DNA from: Nemertoderma westbladi
Lineage: Eukaryota > Animalia > Xenacoelomorpha
Assembly: GCA_032718475.1 (NCBI GenBank)
Contig: JAUCBJ010004144.1
Location: 124,001 to 188,000 of the forward strand
Length of the DNA: 64,000 nucleotides
Reading direction: 5' to 3'
Shown: positions 50,101-64,000 of the stretch, piece after piece
Position numbering within the stretch: the stretch's first letter is position 1
Layout of the letters: the number at the start of each line of letters is the position of its first letter
Program-made: the position numbers and the translations under genes
The notes under the pieces: generated by a model
The model's database searches: none
The model's input: only the letters and a program-made list of their open reading frames with translations
What the model was told of the DNA's origin: nothing

Positions 50101-53100
50101 AGGGAGATAGGCTACTTATATCTTCACTCTGAGAGCCTCAAAAAGGGGGTGTTCCGACGCAATCAAAATTCATCCATCTCCAGGGGAAAGACGAAGCAAA
50201 GAACAGCTGATTACTTCTATAAATGTAAGTGTTACCTGCTCTTTTGACTTTCATTTAAGATTGTCTATCTCTTGGAGTGGATTAGAAGTCATGAATATGA
50301 AAATCGATGTCGTTTTTTGTAAAAAATCAGAGGAGATTTTAATAAATTATTGCTGAAAAACACCAAGGATTTTATACTCATTATATTCATGAACTATTTG
50401 AGATATTTAATACGATGAAACTATAATAAATATTCTAGAACACAACAATATTAACAGGGAGATAGGCTACTTATATCTTCACTCTGAGAGCCACAGATAG
50501 GGGGTGTTCCGACGCAATCAAAATTAATCCATCTCCTGGAGAAAGACGAAGCAAATAACAGCTGATTACTTCTATAAATGTAAGTGTTACCTGTTCTTAT
50601 GACTTTCGTTTAAGATTCTCTATCTCGTGGAGTGGGTTAGAAGTTATAAATATGAAAATCGATGTCGTTTTTTGTAAAAAATCAGAGGAGATTTTAATAA
50701 ATTAATGCTGAAAAACACCAAGGATTTTGACATGGCTTTAATACTCATTATATTCATGAAATAGCTGAGAAATTTGAGGTGAATTATTGTATCACATATT
50801 AACTTCGGCTCCAGCCGCTTTGGCAATACGATGAAACTATAATAAATATTCTAGAACACAACAATATTAACAGGGAGATAGGCTACTTATATATTCACTC
50901 TGAGAGCCTCAAAAAGGGGGTGTTTCGACGCAATCAAATTCATCCATCTCCAGGGGAAAGACGAAGCAAAGAACAGCTGATTACTTCTATAAATGTAAGT
51001 GTTACCTGCTCTTTTGACTTTCATTTAAGATTGTCTATCTCTTGGAGTGGGTTAGAAGTCATGAATATGAAAATCGATGTCGTTTTTTGAAAAAAATCAG
51101 AGGAGATTTTAATAAATTATTGCTGAAAAACACCAAGGATTTTGACATGGCTTTAATACTCATTATATTCATGAAATAGCTGAGAAATTTGAGGTGAATT
51201 ATTGTATTACATAATAACTTTGGCTCCAGCCGCTTTGGCAATACGATGAAACTATAATAAATATTCTAGAACACAACAATATTAACAGGAAGATAGGCTA
51301 CTTATCTCTCCACTCTGAGAGCCTCAGAAAGGGGGTGTTCCGACGCAATCAAAATTCATCCATCTCCTGGGGAAAGACGAAGCAAATTACAGCTGATTAC
51401 TTCTATAAATGTAAGTGTTACCTGTTCTAATGACTTTCGTTTAAGATTGTCTATCTCTTGGAGTGGGTTAGAAGTCATGAATATGAAAATCGATGTCGTT
51501 TTTTGTAAAAAATCAGAGGAGATTTTAATAAATTATTGCTGAAAAACACCAAGGATTTTGACATGGCTTTAATACTTCATTATGTTCATGAAATAGCTGA
51601 GATACTTGAGGTGAATTGTTGCATTATATATTAACTTCAGCTCCAGTCTCTTTGGCAATACGATGAAACTATAATAAATATTCTAGAACACAATAATATT
51701 AACAGGGAGATAGGCTACTTATCTCTTCACTGTGTTACCAGTGTTACCTGTTCTTTTGACTTTCATTTAGGATTATCTATCTCCATGGAGTGGGTTAGAA
51801 GTTATAAATATGAAAATCGACGTGGTTTTTGAAAAAAATCAGAGGATATTTTGATAAATTATTGCTGAAAAACCCCTAGGATTTTGACATGGCTTTAATA
51901 CTCATTATATTCATGAAATAGCTGAAAAATTTGAGGTGAATTATTGTATCACATATTAACTTCGGCTCCAGCCGCTTTGGCAACACGATGAAACTATAAT
52001 TAATATTATAGAACACAACAATATTAACAGGGAGATATGCTACTTATCTCTTCACTCTGAGAGCCTCAAAAAGGGGGTGTTCTGACACAATCAAAATTCA
52101 TCCATCTCCAGGGGAAAGACGAAGCAAAGAACAGCTGATTACTTCTATAAATGTAAGTGTTACCTGCTCTTTTGACTTCCATTTAAGATTGTCTATCTCT
52201 TGGAGTGGCTTAGAAGTCATGAATATGAAAATCGATGTCGTTTTTTGAAAAAAATCAGAGGAGATTTTAATAAATTATTGCTGAAAAACACCAAGGATTT
52301 TGACATGGCTTTAATACTCATTATATTCATGAAATAGCTGAGAAATTTGAGGTGAATTATTGTATCACATATTAACTTCGGCTCCAGCCGCTTTGGCAAT
52401 ACGATGAAACTATAATAAATATTCTAGAACACAACAATATTAACAGGGAGATAGGCTACTTATATCTTCACTCTGAGAGCCTCAAAAAGGGGGTGTTCCG
52501 ACGCAATCAAATTCATCCATCTCCAGGGGAAAGACGAAGCAAAGAACAGCTGATTACTTCTATAAATGTAAGTGTTACCTGCTCTTTTGACTTTCATTTA
52601 AGATTGTCTATCTCTTGGAGTGGGTTAGAAGTCATGAATATGAAAATCGATGTCGTTTTTTGAAAAAAATCAGAGGAGATTTTAATAAATTATTGCTGAA
52701 AAACACCAAGGATTTTGACATGGCTTTAATACTCATTATATTCATGAAATAGCTGAGAAATTTGAGGTGAATTATTGTATTACATAATAACTTTGGCTCC
52801 AGCCGCTTTGGCAATACGATGAAACTATAATAAATATTCTAGAACACAACAATATTAACAGGGAGATAGGCTACTTATATCTTCACTCTGAGAGCCTCAG
52901 AAAGGGGGTGTTCCGACGCAATCAAAATTCATCCATCTCCTGGGGAAAGACGAAGCAAATAACAGCTGATTACTTCTATAAATGTAAGTGTTACCTGTTC
53001 TTATGACTTTCGTTTAAGATTCTCTATCTCGTGGAGTGGGTTAGAAGTTATAAATATGAAAATCGATGTCGTTTTTTGTAAAAAATCAGAGGAGATTTTA

Positions 53101-53970
53101 ATAAATTATTGCTGAAAAACACCAAGGATTTTGACATGGCTTTAATACTCATTATATTCATGAAATAGCTGAGATATTTGAGGTGAATTATTGTATCACA
53201 TATTAACTTCGGCTCCAGCCCCTTTGGCAATACGATGAAACTATATTAAATATTCTAGAACACAACAATATTAACAGGGAGATAGGCTACTTATATCTTC
53301 ACTCTGAGAGCCTCAAAAAGGGGGTGTTCCGACGCAATCAAATTCATCCATCTCCAGGGGAAAGACGAAGCAAAGAACAGCTTATTACTTCTATAAATGT
53401 AAGTGTTACCTGCTCTTTTGACTTTCATTTAAGATTCTCTATCTCATGGAGTGGGTTAGAAGTTATAAATATGAAAATCGAGGTGGTTTTTGAAAAAAAT
53501 CAGAGGATATTTTGATAAATTATTGCTGAAAAACCCCTAGGATTTTGACATGGCTTTAATACTCATTATATTCATGAAATAGCTGAAAAATTTGAGGTGA
53601 ATTATTGTATCACATATTAACTTCGGCTCCAGCCGCTTTGGCAACACGATGAAACTATAATTAATATTATAGAACACAACAATATTAACAGGGAGATATG
53701 CTACTTATCTCTTCATTCTGAGAGCCTCAAAAAGGGGGTGTTCTGACACAATCAAAATGCATCCATCTCCAGGGGAAAGACGAAGCAAAGAACAGCTGAT
53801 TACTTCTATAAATGTAAGTGTTACCTGCTCTTTTGACTTTCATTTAATATTGTCTATCTCTTGGAGTGGCTTAGAAGTCATGAATATGAAAATCGATGTC
53901 GTTTTTTGTAAAAAATCAGAGGAGATTTTAATAAATTAATGCTGAAAAACACCAAGGATTTTGACATGGG
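47161..53970 (+). repeat. ~416-bp satellite array, block 3
   Basis: Same monomer family and variants; local 2,017-bp period (48627/50644; 47856/49873). Confidence 0.96.
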
Positions 53971-55091
53971 TTTAAACGAAGTCATAAGAACAGGTAACAC
54001 TTACATTTATAGAAGTAATCAGCTGTTATTTGCATCGTCTTTCCCCAGGAGATGGATGAATTTTGATTGCGTCGGAACACCCCCTTTCTGAGGCTCTCAG
54101 AGTGGAGAGATAAGTAGCCTATCTCCCTGTTAATATTGTTGTGTTCTAGAATATTTATTATAGTTTCATCGTATTGCCAAAGCGGCTGGAGCCAAAGTTA
54201 ATATGTAATGCAATAATTCCCCTCAAATATCTCAGCTAGTTCATGAATATAATGAGTATAAAATCCTTGTCAAAATCCTTGGTGTTTTTCAGCAATAATT
54301 TATTAAAATCTCCTCTGATTTTTTACAAAAAACGACATCGATTTTCATATTCATGACTTCTAACCCACTCCAAGAGATAGACAATCTTAAACGAAAGTCA
54401 AAAGAACAGGTAACACTTACATTTATAGAAGTAATCAGCTATTCTTTGCTTCGCCTTTCCCCTGGAGATGGATGAATTTTTATGGCGTCGGAACACCCCC
54501 GTTTTGAGGCTCTCAGAGTGAAGATATAAGTAGCCTATCTCCCTGTTAATATTGTTGTGTTCTAGAATATTTATTATAGTTTCATCGTATTGCCAAAGCG
54601 GCTGGAGCCGAAGTTAATATGTGATACAATAATTCACCTCAAATTTCTCAGCTATTTCATGAATATAATGAAGTATTAAAGCCATGTCAAAATCCTTGGT
54701 GTTTTTCAGCAATAATTAATCATAATATCCTTTGATTTTTTTCAAAAACCACATCGATTTTCATATTCATGACTTCTATCCCAGTCCACAAGATAACGAA
54801 TCTTAAACGAAAGTCAAAAAACAGGTAACACTTACATTTATAGAAGTAATCAGCTGTTATTTGCTTCGTCTTTCCCCAGGAGATGGATGAATTTTTATTG
54901 CGTCGGAACACCCCCGTTTTGAGGCTCTCAGAGTGAAGATATAAGTAGCCTATCTCCCTGTTAATATTGTTGTGTTCTAGAATATTTATTATAGTTTCAT
55001 CGTATTGCCAAAGCGGCTGGAGCCGATGTTAATATGTGATACAATAATTCACCTCAAATTTCGTAGCTATTTCATGAATATAATGAGTATT
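53971..55091 (-). repeat. Inverted, more diverged block of the same satellite (~2.7 monomers)
   Basis: aacaggtaacacttacatttatagaagtaatcagctg is the reverse complement of the monomer; the switch occurs at ..gacatggg|tttaaacg. Confidence 0.93.
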
Positions 55092-55092
55092 A

Positions 55093-56068
55093 GGTATTAG
55101 TAGGTATTAGTATTATAATAATAGGTATTAGTACCGGGCTATAAAATGTTGTACAAATACCGGGAAGGGGCCATATTGACCCCCCCCCCCCCCTCTAAAA
55201 TCTACAAATAATTACGAAAAAACGTCTGATTTTTTGTTTGTACGTAGGTATCACTTGTCTGGATCCGACCAAAAAAAAAATTTCCGAAAAAATGTAGTGG
55301 GGTGGTTATATTGCAGCACCAAAATTACAAGTAGTGCACAATTTTCACAAAATTTGAAAGTTACATTTTAGGCTAATTATTTTTCAATACAGGTTTTCTA
55401 GGGTGCAAAATACATTGGAAAATATTTAAAAAATGATATGATTACTATAAATGGCTGTTTAGTCCTCTCTGCGTAAGAAAAAAATGAAAAAAACAAGTAA
55501 CCAGCACTTTTCAGATAGAACTCAAAATGTTTAATTCACTTATACGATGCTATAAGTTCACATTTTCAGGTTTTCGAGAGCGCTGATTCTAATGGAATAC
55601 ATTTCTAATATGCCAGATCATTGCTACTTGTATTTTTCGGCGTAATTTGGCAAATTTCGGTGCTAGCACCTAATTTCGTACCCATCACCAAAAAGTACAT
55701 GTTTGCGAAGTCCAGTGCTGTTTTTATTGATTCCATCGGATTCAGGACCCTCATAAACCCGTATAACGCAAGAAACAAGGTGATACTATCAACTTATCAA
55801 TTTGCATGTTTTCCAAAATTTGGTGCTGGCACAACAATTTTCACCCACCAGCGAAAAATACAAGTTTGAGAACTTTTATGAAATTTTTACTGATTCCATT
55901 GAATTCAGAACCATCACAAACCCGTATAACGCAAGAAACAAGGTGACACAATCAATTGATATATTTGATGGTTTTCAAAATTTGGTGCTAGCACCACATT
56001 TTGCACCCACATCCGAAAAATACAAGTTTGAGATGTCTAGTTCGATAATTATATTTTCCATTGAATCG
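55093..56068. mobile_element. Degenerate non-autonomous DNA-transposon remnant resembling 10868-12283
   Basis: ggaaggggcc..poly-C (55162-55193) resembles 12244-12270; ~110-160-bp internal repeats (aatttggtgctagcacc, cccgtataacgcaagaaacaaggtga) resemble 12078-12120. Ends not resolved. Confidence 0.5.
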
Positions 56069-57723
56069 CTTAAGGTGTCATTTCTATTCAAAATTCTAGG
56101 CGTAGTGACATTCCCAGGATTACATTTCACTGTATCTCTTAAAATGTTAATTAATTGTGCTTGGGCATCGAGCTGCTTTTCCATCTCATTAACCTTGGCA
56201 TTTATATCATGTGTATAATTAGGTTCACCGTTCGAATATTGAAGACCATTCCCTTCCTGGTGAACTTCAGTTCCTTTTGTGTTCATTGGTATTCTGGGCA
56301 TATTAAACCGCACTTCTTGAGTTCCCTTGGGCACAAAGCTCGCATTTACCTCGAGGGAATGTGCCCGAGGATCAGTTGGGTAAACTCTATGAGAGTCACC
56401 AAAAAGTCGATTTTCCTTAAGAGGTTGAGTCTGATAAAAATACTTTGGCCGAGTGGTGCGAGACCTGGTGGTATCATTCCAATCAGAACTTCCCAAAGGC
56501 ATCTTTGAAGCTTCATTGGTGGCAATCTCTGCCACATCTTTATGACTCCTGGTCTCCCTATCATCCTCTCTTACTGTAACTTCCACCTGATTAATAGAAA
56601 CTTGTGGACTCGCCACTTTCCATGGTGTAGAATCGACTACTGCAGTTACTGGTAATAAATCACCTAACCGGGTTGAAGCAAAGTTAGGGACAGCAGTTTT
56701 TAACTCTTGGGAGAGTCGCAGTTCTTGACTGGGTTGTTGAGCTAGTTTGTCTCTCACTCCTATTAATGTCCTTTCTGTGCTTTGTCTCCGCTTTCTAGGG
56801 GTTGACCCAACTGAGTTGGCGCTGGAACAATGACTAGATTGAACACAATATGATAGTGCAAGTTCCTTTTCTAATTTCAAGGAGTTTAACTTCTTCCGGG
56901 ATTCCAGCTCATCACGTTCCTCCTGCATACGACGCTCAATATCGGCTTGTCGCTTCCTTTCAATATTTTCTCGAAGTCTCTCCTCGCTTTCACGTTGCTC
57001 TATTTCCTGGGTGAGTGCCAATTTTTCTTTCTCATATCGTTTCCGAATAGCCTCGGCTTCGATTTCTGCTTCTATTTCCGCTTGTAATCGAGCAGCTTCC
57101 TTTAGCTGCTGTCTTTGTAAACGAGAAGCAGATGATACCATGGATCCATCACTTGATTCGATATTGTTAATGGGCGTTTGAATTCTTTCGCTCTCAAAAT
57201 GTGGTAACTCAGGTGGAGTAACTCCTGTTCGGCCAAGTATAGTGTTATAAACTGAATGTGTTCATTGTAACTGCCTTCTGACATGAGATCGTGCTTTATC
57301 AACCAAGGCTGGCAGTTCCATGTATTTGCCATACCGCTCAAAGAGTTGGACAGTACACAAAGCTCTATCGAACCTTGGTTGTATCGCCGCGTAAAGCCGT
57401 TTGCCTGTTTCTGGTGAGAGAGAGGTTGGCGAAGATGACAAGTTTACACTGTGTTGTTGGATGTAGCGTGTGTATGCTGCTGAATAACCGCCTAGTGAAC
57501 GAGTAATAGACTCAATATCTTTGTCTGGGTCGAATCCGGCGGCACGCATTTCAGACAGAATCACAGTAATTTCATCACGATAATGGGATGATAAATTGTC
57601 TAAAGAAGGCTGGACAGAGACAGGAGGGATTGTTTCAACAATTGTTGAATCATGGGGACCTAGCTGTTCATCCGCCTCAACCTCAATTTCACTAAAAGAA
57701 AGGCCAGATTCATTCGTGGCCAT
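56069..57723 (-). pseudogene. Frameshifted, truncated N-terminal gag of a second BEL-like family
   Basis: Overlapping ORFs 57262-57723, 57102-57341 and 55975-57141 in different frames. E/R/Q coiled-coil followed by a disordered region, as in 33312-35700. Capsid core absent, so identity is inferred from architecture and context. Confidence 0.6.
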
Positions 57724-59239
57724 TTTGTTTAATTACTGATTTATAAGGTTAAATTAGGTAAGGCCTATGTTAAATACAGTACCGGTAGTAACAGGCCTAA
57801 AATATTATGTATATACCAGTATATTGATATATAGTAGGCCTAGGCCTAAAGCAGTAAAGTACCAATACTAATAACTAAAATAGTACCGGTAGGCCCAAGG
57901 TACAAAGTTACCGGTACCGGTATGATCTGATATATATATATAGTATGCAGGCAGGCCTAATTAGAAGTACAGAACTACAGAAGTACCGGTAATCAAATGG
58001 AAGCTTAATTTAATATTATAATACCGGTAGTTTATTACTAGGCTCACAGATTTCAAATACCAGTAGCGCCACCAGCACAATTCTGCAATTTGCCGCCTGT
58101 TACAGTCGTACAGTGTTATACTTACCGGTAATATATTTAACTTTGAATTATTACCGGTATAAATAAATAAATTTTGTCACCCGATCAGAACTGACTCGGC
58201 AAAATGATTTAATAAATAGAACCCCACACACACTCCAGATAAACACATAAAATGTACCGGTATCGGTCTGCCGGTATGGTACAGAAACTGGAGAGCAAAA
58301 GCTGAAAGTGGGTCGCCCAACGCTGCAACGTATGTCAGTATGGCGTATGGCTAACTAGCACCATGTAGGCCTACAGCAGTAGGTATCCGGTACGGTACCA
58401 TATGTAACCTAGTGTCAGTATCAGTACACACACACGCAGGGCAGTTCTTTATTTATGGCAGGCTATAGAAGAACAGAAGAACTGCTAAATCAGAACTCCT
58501 TTGTTAATATAAGAATGGCCACCTGGGTTTGATCCGCAGGAAACACAAACTCGGGGGAGAGACGAAAGACTCTCCCTTTAAATCGGGATTTGGCTAACCC
58601 AAAATGGAAGGTTCCGTTAAACTCACGGGTTCTGGCTGTCTGATTTGGAACTTACCTCTTACCTGAAGAAAAAATGTCTGTATCTACTAATTCCGAAAGT
58701 ATGGTCGGTAACTGTTCAGACACAAGAGCTGAGGATACAAATAAACAACAGAAAAAGGTGTCTGGCTTCCGCTAACTCGTAGAGAGAACGGGGACAGAGC
58801 AAAAATGCACCTCAAAACCGAGACTGTAACCAGGTAACCGAGCACTTCAATAAACACTCCGCCAACGTCGTCACGTTATTGGCTAATTGGCGGAAGGGGA
58901 AAAACGTAAATAACAAACCAAAGATCAATGATAAGCTAGGCTTTATTCACTATTCAGTCAGTCAGTTATTATCAGATTATCAACGATAGACTGCAATTTA
59001 CAGAGTGCTTTAACGAAGGCCAAGCCTTGCACTGCAATTTACCCGTGAACACGTTAACAAAGGACTAGTTCCTCCCGACATCAATAACAACAATATTCCA
59101 AAATACTGAAACACCGGTAGTGTACTACCTACCACAGTATTGCTGTACTGAACAAACAAAGTCAGATAGTGCTTTTACGAAGGCCAAGCCTTACACTGCA
59201 ATACCGGTATCGGACATTTTGTCATCTAAGATACAGTAG

Positions 59240-60904
59240 AAAGTGGACGGATAGGCAGATATTTTCATATTGACGGTTCGGCTAAGTACCAAGGACAGTC
59301 CCTCAACTCTGAGCTATTACCCGGACCCAACTTGTTACAATCTTTGCCCAGGATACTGATACGCATGAGACAATACGCGTTTGCTTCGGACATAGAGGGT
59401 ATGTATCTGCAAGTGAAAGCCTTGGCCATTGACAGGGACAGCATGCACTTTTTGTGGTAGACAGAAGGTGACTTGAATTCCAATCCAGTTGAGTATCGTA
59501 TGACTATACAGGCGTTCGGTATCATCTCCAGCCCTTCTAACTCGTGCTCAGTGTTACACCGGACAGCTGATGATCATCGGGATGAGTTCCCACCATCCGT
59601 CGTAGATAATATCAAAAGAGATATTTACATGGACAATAACTTAAAATCAGCTCCGATGGTTAAGGAGGCCATAGACATTGCCCAAGGGACAGTCAACTGT
59701 CTGAAGCTTGGAGGATTCCGCCTGACGAAATTTACCAGTAATTGTCATGAATTCCTGAAGGCCATACCTCCCGCAGAGTGTGGCGATACAGAGCTCGACT
59801 TAAAAGAATCTGAAGAAACTGCCAGAAACTAAGACATTAGGGCTCCGTTGGTTGACTGAAAGTGACACTATGGTGTTTAAAGTTAAGCTAAGAAAGGGCG
59901 ACACTTGAACTAAGCGCATTTGCCTCAGCATACTCAGCACTTATTTCGACCCCCTCGGCTTTATTAGCCCAGTTATACTGCTGGCCCAAGACCTAGTTCA
60001 GCGTATGTGGAGGGAAAACGACAGTTGGGAAGACCCCCTGACAGGGACACTCCTAGAGGACTGGTGGAAATGGGAACGGTCCTTACCTGACCTAGAAAGG
60101 TTCTCCTTACCCAGGGCATACTTCCCAAATGTAGATTCCCTGCAGACTTATGAACTCCATGTGTTTGGTGACGCGAGCGACAAAGGTATCGGGATTGTAG
60201 CTTACTTTAGATGTGAAACCTTAGATGATGTCTCAGCATTGGTTGCCTCAAAGGCTTTGATAAGACCAATCGCCAAGACAAAAGACACCCTAACTATTCC
60301 CCGAGCCGAACTTAAGGCGGTCATATATGCCACTATCATCCCTAAGAATGTGTTAGCAGCACAGACAGACTATAAGGTAATAAGGACAGTTTACTGGACA
60401 GACTTCACTACTGGACAGGCTGCATTTAGAATATCTGACCAGCACGACATGCCAGTTCAGTGTATATGTGATGAACCGTGTGGCACGAATATTGAAAGAA
60501 ACAAGTGTCGATCAGTGGATGCACTGTCCAGGATTGCATCCACTGACATTGCGTCTCGCGGTGCCACCCCCCAGGAACTGCTAGATGCTAAGTGTTGGTT
60601 ACAGGGCCTTGTCTTTTTGCGAGGCCCTGAGAATAGTTGGCCCCCAAACTTAACACCTGCAGAAATAAGGCAACAAGCAAAGGGTGCGAAAATTGCTAAG
60701 TCTAAGAACAAAGCGTCTAAATCAAAACTATTCAGAAATATAGACATATCTTCACTGCATGTACATGAGAATATAAGCCAACAAAGCCCCCCAGACAGTG
60801 AAGCCCTTATTACCCTTTCAGTTCCAGATTTGGCTGGCGGCCTTTCACCGCTCATTAGCAAAGCCATGGACCATTACAGTTTGTTCGCGCTTTCAGACCT
60901 TTAG
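59240..60904 (+). pseudogene. pol: BEL/Pao RT-RNase H fragment (second family)
   Basis: SLNSELLPGPNL..FASDIEGMY..FLW*, YMDN, FDPLGFISPV, LHVFGDAS, TIPRAEL, YWTD, DIASRG; contains stops and frameshifts. Confidence 0.92.
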
Positions 60905-62033
60905 CAGTTTAACCTGCCAAATTGGGGTGTCTTCTAGATAATAGATCGTCTTTAGCCTATGACAAGTATTTGATACACTACATTAGCCGAAGCCAGTCTA
61001 TGCGCGATCATTCACCCGCTGGATATACCCGGGAGACTGGATTCGGAAGCCTAACCGTATTGCAGGGTAGGCCTACTGTATTATTCGACTGATCGTAATA
61101 TATATAATCTCTGACAAATATTATTCACTTTCGGGAAATATTAACAGTTCCTTTAGGACGTGGCGCTTTAAATATATAAACAGAGTTATGACTTAAACTA
61201 GACACAACGGGATGGCTATAGATTCACGTATATGGCGCATTCTTTAGGAGATGCTTTGTTATCAATCACAATCATACACAATACTGCACAATGCTGCACA
61301 CTAATCTGCCGACCTTCACTAATTTTAGTCACATATAAGGAGAACAACAGACAATACGTGTAGGGCCTATAAAATAGCATTAGATTCACTTCAAACCACT
61401 TAATGTAAGTCGCAATCGTTATATGTATCCGGTCTCTCTAACCTTTAGTATATCAAGAAGATTGGGGTGTCTGATTATTTATCAGTATTCCAAATATAAT
61501 ATTCCATCAACAAATATAATGAATAACCGACAGTAAATAGCAGTAAAATGTTAAGTTAAGTTATGTGAGTAATGATTGTTTTGTATGATAACAGATATAC
61601 GTTCTATAATTAAGCCTACTAATGTTGAGCTAAAGACTGAAACACGGAGGTTCCAAAGCCGGTGTTCTTAGGCTGTGGACAAATCACATACTCACTCAAC
61701 TCCACGAGTTTCTATATACCATCTCCAACACAGAGGCAAAAAACACTCTGATTGGTCGACCGAACAAAGAAGGAACAGAGAACAAAGAACAAGCTCCACG
61801 TGTACAGCTCAGCTGTTAGCCGTCGTCATGGTAGCTACACTGTTTCAAGAGGATCCAGCGTATTGCGTCATAAAATTGTTAATTATGTCCGCTAAAGTAC
61901 ACATACAGCAGAAATGGCTTTTATGTCCTCTAAAACAACAGTACAGTAAGGACACGGCCCTTTATGCCTGTTAAACCAACTACAGAGTACTTTACGGGGA
62001 AAATAACCAGCTAATTACGCAAAAGCCTTTACA
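60905..62033 (-). repeat. Probable LTR portion of the second family
   Basis: Minus strand gggagcgg|TGT at 62040-62031, CCAAT (~61750) and TATATA (~61714), downstream of the ORF3 homologue. Left boundary unknown; no partner LTR in the window. Confidence 0.55.
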
Positions 62034-62059
62034 CCGCTCCCAGAAAATGGGATTTAAGT

Positions 62060-63642
62060 CTATAAAATATAACAAATCACAGTTTCTAAAATATAAAAAT
62101 ACTCTAAACAGTTAGTCTTTCTTACGCGGACGGCGTTTACGCAGTTTTTTGAGGCTAGCAAGAGTCCTTTTCTCTTTGGGGCGAGCCACTTTACTAGGAG
62201 GGCTGTAACTCCTGGGTGAAGGGTGCAATACAATTGCATCAGAAGGTTTAGGATTACGATCGGTGTATCCGCCGTTTCGATATGCTTCTCCTCGAGCTGA
62301 TTTTCCTCCGCTCGTAGCTGGATACGTTCATCCAAAAACTCTCGCAGAGAATAGGGTCGTCCAAGTTCGATAACTTCTTAGAGATTCTGGATTTCCCGAT
62401 CGAACTGAGATAAAGTTACTTTGTTTACCGCTTGGACTTGCTAGTGCAATTTACGTTTATCTGAACAAGCGTAAGTTCCTTTTCTGATCTTTGTAGAATA
62501 GCGTCTAACTCATTTGGTACAACGCTCTCCGCCACTTTGGTGACAGGTTATATCGTGTTAAGCCGGGACGATGGTAAGGGTTAAGCGGCGATATTAAATG
62601 TCCGCGTCCCAATCCGGCTAGGTAGGATGGGCTAATATCTGGGAAGCCCACAACCGGGGTGTCACCGACTAATTGTTCAGGTAACACTAGATCTTTGAAC
62701 AGTGAGTACAGCTCGGGAGGATCCGTCATACTAATAGGATCAAGAGTCTGAGGTCTCACTAGGGAAAGAGGAGGTCTGATCGAGTATTCCGAAACCTGAT
62801 CATTGGTTTATTTAAGGATCGTCTGAGTCGAACGAGCGTAGGTGATACGTCAAACAAATTTTGCTCGAAACTCCCGCAAGTATAGCGAGTAAAACCGTGT
62901 TTAGTGCAACGTCTCTGCGGATGTTTAGGTCTTTCCGTTTGTTGGTTGGGTCTAGGACATTCATTGCAATAATACCAAAGACGCACGTCTTGTAGGGGAA
63001 ACGCGAGTGATCTTTCTCCAGCTTACAATATTCCTCCATCCGTTCGAAGCTATCCGGTACAACAGGTAGCGGTCAATCGGCGGTAAGATACATCATAGTG
63101 GAATAGAGCCGTTTGAGTTCTACCATGCAGTCATGATGTATACCTTGAGGATATCGAGTTTCTAGATTCTGTTGACTGGTAATATCGAGATAGGTTTCTC
63201 TCAAGAATTCCAGGTATTTGGTGAAGTTGCTGCGTTTATCCGGCTCTTCAACATCTGCACTTTCGAGTTGGTTTCGAATAGAATTTTTGTGTTCGAGTCT
63301 CAGTTTATCGTTCCGCCTCCGCTGGGTATGATATTTAAATAAAACCATTTCCCTTTTGCTGTCTATATCGTTCGTATCGTGTAGGTCGATAGGATGACCA
63401 GTAGTTAAGAAGTCCATATACGTACCATTACGATGCGTATAGCGAGCGGTGAATTTTCTACAGTCCAACCCACGCGCAAGTTGCTCCCGGGACATTGGCG
63501 GTTAGATATAACGACCATCGTCCTCCGTAGTAGTTGGACCAGCGTCGCCGCGTATCAAGCTATCAACAAACGTTTGTAAAGGTAGAGTATATTGCTCCCT
63601 GATACCAAGATCATCTTCTATCAACTCAATCATATCTGCCAT
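62060..63642 (-). pseudogene. Decayed distant homologue of ORF3
   Basis: MADMIELIEDD..RYI*PPMSRE..ELKRLYSTMMYLTAD*PLPVVPDSFERMEEY, then frameshifted RLWYYCNEC..RCTKHGFTRY. Aligns with ORF3 EIRRLYHTLQYLTVNEPLPAARDEFEGMHLY and KLFYKCGAC..RCSYHQSLRY. Confidence 0.8.
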
Positions 63643-64000
63643 ATAAGTTTATCCATATTATAATGAGTTTATATTTAGGCGAGCGGGCGTCGCTGCCTAC
63701 CCCTCTCTGCCCCCGGACAGTGCGAGATCCTCAGCGCTGGTGTACTTTCGCCGATGTGCCTATCGCCAACGTCGTAGCTGCACAACGACTACAACAACCA
63801 GCACGAGTCACTCCACCGTCCGTCCCAAAGGCTTAGATATACTTCAGGTTCTTACTGGAGAGTTAGGGCTACTTTCACAATTGCGACTCGCTACTGTAAA
63901 CACAGCTTAGTAGTAACATTCACCTACAAACGCACAAATTCCACGTAACTGTCACAAATGATACAAATTCTATCACACATTCGGGTCATTTGTCCGTTAG

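Noticed and set aside
5599-54911. Dozens of 60-70-aa ORFs (MPKRLEPK.., MHPSPGERR..) in the satellite
   Set aside because: They come from repetition of one monomer, often use non-ATG starts, and are broken by frequent 1-bp indels and deletions.

Overview
Eukaryotic heterochromatin-like window (host not identifiable from sequence) with no host genes. About 33 kb is a ~416-bp satellite array (5531-55091) with a 3,680-bp 9-monomer higher-order repeat and a terminal inverted block. The array is interrupted by a piggyBac-type non-autonomous element (10868-12283, TTAA TSD) and by a young, full-length 17.1-kb BEL/Pao LTR retrotransposon (30047-47160, GAATT TSD, ~2.3-kb near-identical LTRs). A deleted relative of this element lies at the left end, and scrambled remnants of a second BEL family lie at the right end. 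Unusual features of the element: (i) an extra sense ORF in the env position with a CxxC..CxxH motif, splice signals upstream, and a clear homologue in the second family; (ii) a 20-nt hairpin recurring 9 times on the sense strand in all three reading frames, with a compensatory variant; (iii) no canonical tRNA PBS, the 10 nt after the 5' LTR instead being complementary to an LTR-internal hairpin/3' splice site; (iv) a tRNA-like A/B-box module in the LTR; (v) two phased TGA stops in a gag repeat; (vi) an SPD-repeat insert in Pol. All comparisons were made by eye; no searches were run.
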